A stretch of DNA of 26,940 nucleotides, taken from positions 1 to 26,940 of the IMG/VR virus record IMGVR_UViG_3300030110_000658. One strand, written 5' to 3'. The position numbers were made by a program, and so were the translations under genes. Source of the DNA: a virus (taxonomy: Duplodnaviria; Caudoviricetes). Positions 6,701-15,100 of the stretch are shown here, one piece after another. The notes under the pieces were generated by a model. The model made no database searches, was not told where the DNA came from, and was given only the letters and a program-made list of their open reading frames with translations. Every line of letters begins with the position of its first letter. Position 1 is the first letter of the stretch.

Positions 6701-9109
6701 TACAGAAGTTACGTTAGATGAGATACCAGCTACTGTTGTTATATTTGCTGAAATGTCAGCTAGTGTATCCATATCAGATACAATTGCTGAAGTAGCCAAC
6801 GTATTCATATCAGCTACAACATCTGTCGTACCAAGTATTGCTAAGTCTGCAACAGCATCCGCTGTACCTAATCTGCCTATCTCTGTTGCCTTACCAGCTA
6901 CAGTACCTATATCAGTTGCATCCGCTGCAACAGCATTAATGTTTGTAGTATTACCAGCTACAGTTGTAACATTAGATGATATGCCAGCCACAGTTGTAAC
7001 GTTTCCAGATACACCAGCTACCGTGTTTATGTTGCTTGCATTGCTAACAACTGAATTGATATTAGATGTGTTTGCTCCAGCAGCAGCAATGTTGGTTGCG
7101 TTTGTAGCTACAGTTGTAACCTCTGTTGCTTTTGGTACTAATCTATGAAAAGTATAAGTATTAAGTGTACTGGTTGTTTCTACAAGTAAACCGTATCCAG
7201 CACTGTAAGTTGTACTGTTTGCTGTTCCTGTAATAGTTACAGTAGAATTTCCAACAGTTCCGTTAGAAATAGTTATAACACCACTACCACTAGATGTATG
7301 GTTAGAAGCTAAAGTAGATATACTAACAATAGTTCCTGTACCGTTTTCAGCATCAGGGTTAGCATTTGGAAAACTTGTTTCGTTTGCTATTGGTACAAAA
7401 CCACCAACATCATCTACAAGATCAATAATCCTGTCGTTGATAGCTGCGGTTGTAGCAATAGTTGTATCGTTATCTGGAAATGTATCGCCATCTTTTATTG
7501 TATCGCCTGTACTTACATTAAAATATCTAGCGTCAGATTCTGTTTCTGTATAGTATCTACCGTCTAATGCACCTGTTGCTATTTCACTAGAAGTTAACTT
7601 GTCAGACTGTAGTAGTGTTTTTATTTCACTTGCTGTCTGGTCGGCTGTAGCAGATGCTTCAATACCAGCTAATTTACTTTGTTCAGCATCAGAAAACTCA
7701 TTAGTATCTGAGTTTGATTCATATAAAGTTTTTATCTCACTAGCAGTTTGATCTGCTGTAGCAGCAGCTTCTATACCGTCTAGTTTGCTGTGATCTGCGT
7801 CAGTAAAGACATTACTGTTAGATGCAGCTTCTACTGCTGTTCTTATTTCAGCATTAGTAGGATTTACTTCAGCACCAGTTTCTATCCCATCTAGCTTGTC
7901 GTGGTGAGTTGTAGACATCACACCAGCAGCAGAGCTAGTTGCTTCTCCTATTGTTGCATTAGTTCCATCACTACTATTGATAACGACTGATGCAGTAGCT
8001 GTAGTAGTACTAAGGTTTGTTGTTACGTTTGTGACCTTTGCATTGTTAGCTGTTATGTCAGAAACAATAGAGTTTGCAAGCTTATCTGTAGTAACCGCAT
8101 CATCAGCTAATTTTGCTGTTGTTATCTGACCATCTGTTATGTTAGCAATACCTGCTGCTGCTGATGTAATCCTACCTTGTGCATCTACTGTGATGTTTGC
8201 ACTATTGTATGTACCAGCAGTTACAGAAGTGTTTGCCAGTTTAGCAGCAGTAACTGCATCATTAGCTATATGTTCTGTATCTATACTGCCATCTGAATAA
8301 TGTTCAGAATTAATAGCATTGTCAGCTATCTTTGCACTAACTATTGCGTCAGCAGCAATTTTAGAAGTAGTAACTGCATCTTGTGCAATTGTTAAAGCTT
8401 CACTTCCAGTGACATCACCTGTATGAGTTACATTACTAATTGTATTATTTAATTTTGTATGATCTGCATCTGTAAAAACATTGCTATCACTAGCACTTTC
8501 TACTAAAGTTCTTATTTCTGCTGCTGTTTGGTCTGCGGTGGCATTGCTTTCAATTCCATCTAATTTAGTACCGTCTGCACTTACGTCTCTACCATCAACC
8601 GTTGCAGATACACTAAGATCACCAGAACCGTCAAATACTAAAGTTTTGTTTGCACGAGTAGCTGCATTTTCTGTTATTTCTAAACCACCAACAGTTTGTG
8701 TTAACGGAAATCTAATAGTTTTATCTAATATGCTTTGTTGTTGTTGATCTAAAATTACCGCTTTATCTAATACATCATTTATAACTTCTGGAAAAAATCC
8801 ACCTTGGTTTGTTATTTCTGTTAGTTGTAATGGACTAACCTTAGATGTAATAACAATGTTATATCCACTAGCTAAATTTTGTGCACTACCACTAGAAACT
8901 AAAGTTACAGTACCACCGGGGTTTGCATTTTGATCATCGTTAAGAGTAACAGTATAATTTGTAGTTATTGTTAATACTGTTTCTGCACCATTACTAGTTT
9001 GTATCTGTATAACTTTTACATCGCCAACTTCATATACTTTAAAAGCAAAAGCAAAATTATTACCACTAGTAAACGCAGTAGTCTGGCGAGTTGTAGTATT
9101 TATTGCCAT
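3701..9109 (-). CDS. Long tail fibre protein (1802 aa)
   Basis: N-terminal podovirus fibre attachment domain (FAFAFKVYEVGDVKV...TNQGGFFPEVINDVLDK); KLDGIE..ATADQT..EI repeats; 10-aa AVTTAKLADD and NITTVAG repeats; about 14-aa N.AVG..AL repeats resembling YadA-type heads; located after the internal virion genes. Confidence 0.92.
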   Translation of the reverse strand: MAINTTTRQTTAFTSGNNFAFAFKVYEVGDVKVIQIQTSNGAETVLTITTNYTVTLNDDQNANPGGTVTLVSSGSAQNLASGYNIVITSKVSPLQLTEITNQGGFFPEVINDVLDKAVILDQQQQSILDKTIRFPLTQTVGGLEITENAATRANKTLVFDGSGDLSVSATVDGRDVSADGTKLDGIESNATADQTAAEIRTLVESASDSNVFTDADHTKLNNTISNVTHTGDVTGSEALTIAQDAVTTSKIAADAIVSAKIADNAINSEHYSDGSIDTEHIANDAVTAAKLANTSVTAGTYNSANITVDAQGRITSAAAGIANITDGQITTAKLADDAVTTDKLANSIVSDITANNAKVTNVTTNLSTTTATASVVINSSDGTNATIGEATSSAAGVMSTTHHDKLDGIETGAEVNPTNAEIRTAVEAASNSNVFTDADHSKLDGIEAAATADQTASEIKTLYESNSDTNEFSDAEQSKLAGIEASATADQTASEIKTLLQSDKLTSSEIATGALDGRYYTETESDARYFNVSTGDTIKDGDTFPDNDTTIATTAAINDRIIDLVDDVGGFVPIANETSFPNANPDAENGTGTIVSISTLASNHTSSGSGVITISNGTVGNSTVTITGTANSTTYSAGYGLLVETTSTLNTYTFHRLVPKATEVTTVATNATNIAAAGANTSNINSVVSNASNINTVAGVSGNVTTVAGISSNVTTVAGNTTNINAVAADATDIGTVAGKATEIGRLGTADAVADLAILGTTDVVADMNTLATSAIVSDMDTLADISANITTVAGISSNVTSVANNSSNINSAVSNASNINAAVSNASNINTVAGNNSNITTVAGANSNITTVAGANSNITTVAGSISNVNTVAGNISDVNNFADQYQIASSNPSTDGGGNTLAAGDLYFNTTHNELRIHTGSGWVQGVTNTSNLAALTSNTFTGTQTISNTAPKLIFTDTNEDSDYSIVVNSGNFAIQDESNSAVRLSLASDGTFDFNTNVDCNSGLDVTGNITVTGTVDGVDIAALNSTVSGITTNATHSGEVTGSGALTIADNVVDEANLKVSNSPTNGYFLSAQSGNTGGLTWATVPAGVGGSTGVDFNDSVKARFGTGNDLEIFHNGTNTEINSTTGQLGIKHTGNGVIKFERLNSKYLEIDGDANLLPYNNGTVHLGYNGYRWHTVWGAAGNFSGTVTANAFSGDGSNLTGIATGVTSDSQNNTVAGTNAGDSFSGTSANHNTLYGYNTGTALTSGDYNTAIGSESLESCASGSYNVLIGYKAGENHTESNIVAIGVEALKANTSGEGNVAVGNYALDANTTASNSVAVGQSALGASTGANNTAVGHQAGYACTGNNTIAIGYQACDAGTGDNNVAIGRESLTNLTNGYDNVAVGYRAGKSQQGGELNVYVGSLCGENSGGEYNTFVGYKAGQSQGGSGNTALGMGAMRDATGGADAVALGFRALKNGGAQCVAIGREAGNTGGLTNAISIGYIATADSSNQICLGNTSITKVKIPGINVTLKDNGGTPTTGHVLTVDSNGEAGFAAAAGASSLNDLTDASTDGGNQVYIGNLAGQNATSSVLNNVYIGIEAGQNSGGNQTSVFIGYRAGRAAEGNTNVAIGQEALQTDSHARQTVAIGQGALYSYNDQTSNPYQGNTAVGRASLYSDTTGNHNAAFGRMSGYNVTTGDENCFLGALAGYGTDGTGALTTGDNNIIIGYAALASAVGVDNEITLGNSSHTKFRVPGISYEISASAVTQGGVFYENNTTVSADYTITNGRNAMAAGPITIASGNTVTVGANETLTIV
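3900..5480 (-). repeat. Two blocks of ~14-aa N..[VI]G..A[GL] beta-roll repeats resembling trimeric adhesin heads
   Basis: NTAIGSESL, NVAVGNYAL, NTAVGHQAG, NVAIGQEAL, NTAVGRASL and others. Each block ends in a similar neck (NQICLGNTSITKVKIPGI; NEITLGNSSHTKFRVPGI). Confidence 0.85.
6470..7130 (-). repeat. Degenerate 30-bp (10-aa) tandem repeats, NINTVAG/NITTVAG type, in the fibre shaft
   Basis: Clear 30-nt periodicity at about 6480-6750 and 6930-7130, for example ccagc-aactgttgtgatgtt followed by ccagc-tactgttgtgatgtt. Confidence 0.9.
7600..8580 (-). repeat. KL[DA]GIE..ATADQT..EI[RK]T repeats (~38 aa unit, about four copies) separated by AVTT.K[IL]A decapeptide repeats
   Basis: Visible in the translation; one copy at about 8455-8575 and a tandem group at about 7600-7900. 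Confidence 0.85.
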
Positions 9110-9138
9110 GAAATAAAAACTGTTTTACCTATTTATTA

Positions 9139-9172
9139 AGGTTACAACTGATTCTTTGTATTACGGTCACAC
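9139..9172 (-). promoter_or_regulatory. Putative late promoter, copy 3: GTGTGACCGTAA-N16-TAACCT, upstream of the tail fibre
   Basis: 12-mer at 9161-9172, identical to two other intergenic copies; -10-like hexamer at 9144-9139 at the same spacing. Confidence 0.8.
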
Positions 9173-9173
9173 C

Positions 9174-12100
9174 TTATTCCCTACTTCTGCGACTAGCTTT
9201 ACCTGTAATCAATGCTCTAATATGATCTGGTAGATTTTGTGGATCAACAACACCTCTTTCTATATCTATTTGTACTCCCACTGGTCTGCCTAATATAGTA
9301 AATGGTATACCAGTACTTAAAGACATTAAAGTTAAAATATCTCGTACATTTTTACCTGTAATTTCTTTATCAGGATCAGCAGCATTTATAAGAAATCTAG
9401 CAGTACCTACACCTGCTGCTTCTAAAGTTGAAATAGATGGACTTGTAGTTATACGATCATCATAAGGTAAATCATTAAATGAATTAAATGGCACAATAGC
9501 TATGTTTCCAAAAGGCACAAGTGCAGCAGCAGATCTAAATTGCGAACCAAAAAACCAACTTGCAACATCATCTATATAACCGTCTTCATCTTCATCATCT
9601 AAGTCACCACCTGTTGCCCTAACAATTAGATCTGCAACAAAAGCTGGCATACCAAAACCTAACAAATAAGTCATAAACAATTGTCCTTTCGTTCCTTGCC
9701 ATCCAAGATCGTTAAATAATTTTTTATATTGTGTAGCATTTAAATTTGCAATCATATTAAAGTAACCACCAAATTGCACCATAGTTTTATAAAAAGGTGA
9801 ACCAACTTGAAATGCTGCTAAATCTTCTGCTTGTAAACTATCTTGTGTTAAACGTACATTTGCATCTGCTTGTTGTATAGCTTCTTTTTGTACTTCTGTT
9901 TCAGACATTGTCTTTGGACTTTCTGTTAATACTTTGTTGTAAGAAGCAGCCCATACAACAGTATCAACCTGATTTTGAAATGCTTGTTGTATAAAATATC
10001 CATGTCTTTCTGCCCATTTTTGTATTTTCTTAAACTGATTTGGATTTAGTAATAATTGATTTAATGTATCTTGCACATCAAATATTTGGTTAAATTGACG
10101 TTCTTTCATATATGGTGATAGTTCAGCTATTTCTTCTTGTTGTTTCATAGGATTTTGTAAATATGTGCCTAATGCTCCTTTTAAATATTTAGGTTCTACT
10201 TTTATCATTGCAGGGAAATATCCTGTCAACTGCTGCAATGCGTTTCTTATATTTGCAAACATTATACCAATACCTGTTCTAGCTCTAACAGCTAACCAAA
10301 ATTTATTAAAGCCTTTAAATCTACCGGGAACCATTGTTATCTGTCGAGCAGAACGATTAAGCCAAGGCATTAATGCATCGTCCATAATTGTTGGATCTAA
10401 TTCTGATAGCCTATTTGCAAATCTTTTATTTTTTAAAATTTTAAATACATCTTCTATTGCAGGTTGTACAAATGCAAAACGCAAAGCGTCATCTATATGT
10501 TTAGTCATTAACCGCAAATCTAAAGATAGTGGCTTATTGTACTCCACACGTTCTTTTGTAAAACCATTACCAGTAGAGGGTAATGATTGTCTAAATTCAC
10601 TTCTTAAGTCTTCTAATTTTGCCTTAACTTCTGTTTCGCCAACCATAAAAGGATCTGTTTTTGCAGGTACATATCCACCTCTAAATGAACCAAATCTATT
10701 AACTATAGGTGTAGCTTCTACTTCTTTAAAATAATATCCATATACATCGCTATGTGCTCTCTGTATGAGTGGTTTCATTTGCTCGTTAAGATCCCATACT
10801 TCTTGTAAAAACACATAATCTTCATTAGTTAAAATTCCTTCGTTTATCATACGATCTACAAAAGTATTCCATTTAGTTGTATTTAATGAGCCATCTTCAT
10901 TAATATCTGCCCAACCTCTACCTAATAATAATTTGCGTAAATTACTAGTATTTCCAGTATGCAACATAGCTCCAAGCAATTCAGCTTTACCATACCCACC
11001 GTTAGCACTGCCAAATGTATAATCAAATTCTCCAGACATAATTTTAGTTTGAGGTATATCTAGTTTGCCTATCATTTCTGAATATTTTTTTGTGTAATTA
11101 GCTCTTTCTATTCTGTATTGATTAAGTGCATCTTTTACTGGTCTCCAAATATATCTGGTAAATGCACCTGCTTGTACCTCGTCACGTTTTAATACAACAC
11201 TACCTATTAATCCTTCTCCAGTTTTAGTTGCACCGTCCATACCATCTGCCCAATGTTCAATGCGTCTAACCATTGCTTTACCTTGTTGCATTGTTCTTAA
11301 AAATCTAATTTTGGTATCTGGTGCTTCTGCTACTCCTACAGGAGTTGGTGTTTCCATTCTTGACATGACACTAAGTAATTCATCTACTACCGCATCTACT
11401 TTTACTTTTTTGCCATCTATAATAACTTGCTTATCTCTTTTTGATTGATACCACAATGTTTGAATCATTTCGTAAAGAGTATCAAATTCTTCTCCTGTTA
11501 AGTCTTTTATGTCTTGAATATCTTTATTTGTAAGGTCTTCTATTAATGGATTTAACTGCTCAAACATATCAGGATTATAAGCTTTTAATTTTTCTGTATA
11601 TGCTGAAGGTTTATCTACAACAGGGCCAAGTCCATAAGCAGCCAATATAGCTTTAGCTGCACTAGTTAAATCTGTATTCCTATCTAAATCTGCTATTTTT
11701 TTGTCTGGTTGAAATACCTTTTTAAATAGCTTTTGTGCATCATCAAATGTTTTATGAATTTCTAATGCTTCTTTAGCTAACTGGTTATTTAATAATTGTG
11801 ATTTTTTAGCTTTAATGGCAGCAGCAGTGTCAGCTTTTTTCATTGCTGCTTCAACAGCTTTTGCTGCTTTTATTTCATTGCGACTAAATTGTGATGGTCT
11901 TATATCTCTTAATTTCTTTTTAGCTAATAATTCTTTTGCAACTTGTCTAGCAGCAGCGACTTGATATCTAACTGGCTGCATAGATTTAGATATAAACCGT
12001 AATTCAACAGATATAAATCTTGCTCTAGCTTCATTATGTATTGCTTCTTGTACTTGTAATTCTTGTCTTCTTGGATCACTTAAATCACTGTATTCATTAA

Positions 12101-15100
12101 GCATACGTTGATCTGTACGTTCCCTAACTACTTCTTTCATTGGCTGCATACTTACTAACGCATTAATCATTTCTATTGAATCAGTAAATCCAAACATATC
12201 AGCAATCATTTGTATAGGCATCCCTTCTTTCCCAACCATGCGTTGCCTACGCAATTGTTGTATTTCAGACTTCATGTCATAAAAAGGTATTAAATCTTGT
12301 AATGAATCAATTGCTATTTTGTAACCTGATCCAGCTACAACTCTTTCTCCTTGTTTATTTGTAAATTCACCACGTTTTAAAAATGCTTGCAATTGATATA
12401 ATTTTTCTTTTTCAATTTTATTTGTTTCTTCTTGCATAACTTTTTTTCTAGTTTTTGATTCATTTCTTTGTAAATTTTTAATGTATTTATCTTTGGCATT
12501 TTCTAACCATTTTACTTGTCGCACACTAGCTTGAGTTAATTGTTCCATTGATTTATCTTCTGCTTCTTGCATTGCTTTTGTATAGTTATTCCATGTTGCG
12601 TCATCCATACCACTTTCTTCTTGTGTTTGGAACATAGCCTTCATTCCGTATATTTGTTCGGCTTGTGATATTTGTTCTTCACTAGCTATCATGCGATCCA
12701 TAACACTTCTTATTTCGTCAGTTAGAATTGGCAAATCTGTACCGTTTTCTTTTCTATATATCACATTTAATTCATCTCTAATTGATCTGTATATTCTGCG
12801 TAAAAATCTACTAAATCTAGTAAATATTTCTTGTAATTTTATGTTGGGAGCTTTTCCTTCAAATAAATAAATTTCATAATTATAAGCAAAACTTTCATGA
12901 AATTTTCTTTTTTCTTGTATAGATAATTGACTCCAAGATTCGACATCTGCAACATTAAAAAATTTTAAAAGAGTTTGAAAATCATCTGTTTGCTGTTGTG
13001 ATGCTTGATCAGACATTGCTATGTCTTCCATAACAGTTAACATATAATGTGCTGTCTCATGTAAAAACGTAGAAAAATCAGATTCTTTTGTTAATACTGT
13101 AGTTAAAGTTTTTGGATCAAAACCACCTCTTATACCGTCAGGATTTGCTTGCTGTAAAAATTCTCCTACTTTTACTTGAATAGACCCTCTAGGCTTTCCA
13201 ACTGAGAGTCTGAAATCTCTTCGTCCGTTTGGGAATTCATCATCGAGACTAAGTCGAGAAGGTTCGACTCTGATTGCAACTGCGGTATCACCGTAGCCAG
13301 TATCTGTGATAGCTCTGGTGGTAACGTAGACATCAGGTTCGCCAGCACTTCTAAGTTGACCTGTGGCTCTGATTTGTTCTGCTGCTTTTCTGCTGGTGTG
13401 GTGATAGACGGTAACTGTTCCGTCTGCATTAAGGGGGAGTTCTGTGGCTTCGTCAATTCTTCCTTGTTGTTGGAAAGTTCTTCCAACATCTGTGTTATCT
13501 GCTCGTCCTGTACCATCTCGTTGTGTTGTTGCTGCAAGCTCATCGGATTGTAACTGTAACTCATTATCAACCTCCTGTAATTTAGTTTGTATAAGGTCAT
13601 TTGCTATACCTAGTTTAGCAGCAAACCCAACCGCAGCATTAGCATAATCTGGTGCTTCATTATCGGCATAACCTGTTTCTACTGCTGTCTCTTTTAATTT
13701 TGCTGAGTCATATAATTTTTTTTCTGGATACCATACAAGTGCTTGCAAATCTGCCATTGTTAATTCTGGCTCTGTTTGTTGCATTGTTTCCAATACTTGT
13801 GTAAATACTTTTACAATATTTCTTCTTTCTGGAGCACCACTAGGAGCTTCTTTTTGTCCATCATTATCTTTAGCTAATAAATTACCTCTTTTACGCAATA
13901 AATCACCAAGACTTAATGTCTTATCACCTTTTCTAGGTTGACCCATTATGTCTAAAAATATTTGCTCATGCTTAGAATCCTCTGCAAATGTTGCAATTTT
14001 TGCCATAGCAACACGATTAGCAGGTGCAGTAGATGCGTTCTTAATTGCTAAAGCTACGTTATCAATATCACCTAATGAAAGTTTTCTTTTTATTATTGCT
14101 TCAAATGCTTTCTTTTGTTCTTTAGTTAATGACCTAATAATTTGTTGTATATGATTTCGTTTTATTCTTGCTTGTTTTGTTTTGTCCGTAACTAAAGTAG
14201 CTGTTACACGACCCCATGTACGCATTAACCATCTATCCATAGTTAACTGCTCATAATTACCATATAAATTTGCAAAAAACCCATTACCAATTTTTGGCCC
14301 TGCTATTGCAGCACCATAAACTTGTTCATCTAATCCATAACCACCACCTACTTTTATTTGTTTTCCATTTTTATTTTTTCCAACATATTGTTGTACTTCT
14401 CTTACCGTATGCATTGTTCTCATAAATTCTTCTAATTCTGCAAAAGGTTTTTCATCTAATAATTTATTCATGTTTTTAAAAGCTATTTCCATAGCTTCTC
14501 TAGCTTCACCGCCTTGTTCAAACACTTCTGGTAATGCATTGTTTTCTTTATAAAAAGCATATACTTGTTCTGCTAGTTCAAAGTTTTTATCAACTTTTAT
14601 ACCGTTAGATGTAACTGCTAATGCCCATTTAAAAATAAAATTAGATTTAACATCAGTCGCAATCTCAGGGTGAATTATTGATAACACACCTAATGCTTTA
14701 TTTACTTTTTCGTTGTACCAACCAACTGCATTTGCATTTTCTTGTAAAGCAAAACGTGCGTCATCTAATAAAGTTTGTACAAGGTATTTTTCTACTTCTA
14801 CAGTAAATTGAGAAACATCTACTTTAGCTTTTTTAGCTTCTTCTTTTATACGGTTTTGTATTTCTAATTTAAAATCTCGGTTGGTTGCAAAAGGTTTACT
14901 AGCTGCAAAGTCAAAATTTTCTACAATTCGTGCTATTTGAAATACAGCCTGTGGTATTGGTTTACCTTTTTTTTGTTTACCTCTCTGTGCCAATATTTCT
15001 TGTACTTGTTGTTTATATATATTTGCTATCTCTGTATTCCATGTGCCGCTATTCATTGTTGATTTAACTGCTTTAGGATCAAATACAACTATTTCTTTTA

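Noticed and set aside
6480-6750. CRISPR-like appearance of the 30-bp periodic repeats
   Set aside because: The units are contiguous, degenerate at third codon positions, in frame within the fibre gene and have no spacers.
6528-7148. 206-aa plus-strand ORF with repeats
   Set aside because: Antisense shadow of the fibre's decapeptide repeats; no SD, and it opposes the operon direction.
1519-9109. Diversity-generating retroelement or invertible shufflon, as might be expected for a BPP-1-like phage
   Set aside because: No reverse transcriptase or invertase, no template/variable repeat pair differing at adenines, and all cassette genes share one orientation. Such elements could lie outside the window.
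9161-9172. Reading the 12-mer as a CRP or NtcA site
   Set aside because: It lacks the second half-site (TCACA, or GTA-N8-TAC) consistently across the three copies and is not palindromic.
10165-10734. 189-aa plus-strand ORF, and the other plus-strand ORFs in the track (e.g. 20112..20516, 21886..22209, 24404..24670)
   Set aside because: All lie antisense to well-supported genes, and I saw no convincing initiation signals or recognisable motifs.
13565-13600. Upstream start at 13600 for the nested ORF
   Set aside because: The AGGAGG site is positioned for the ATG at 13564; I see no SD for 13600.
13356-13647. Two short plus-strand ORFs opposite the nested-gene region
   Set aside because: Expected by-product of codon constraints in a region already coding in two minus-strand frames; no independent support.
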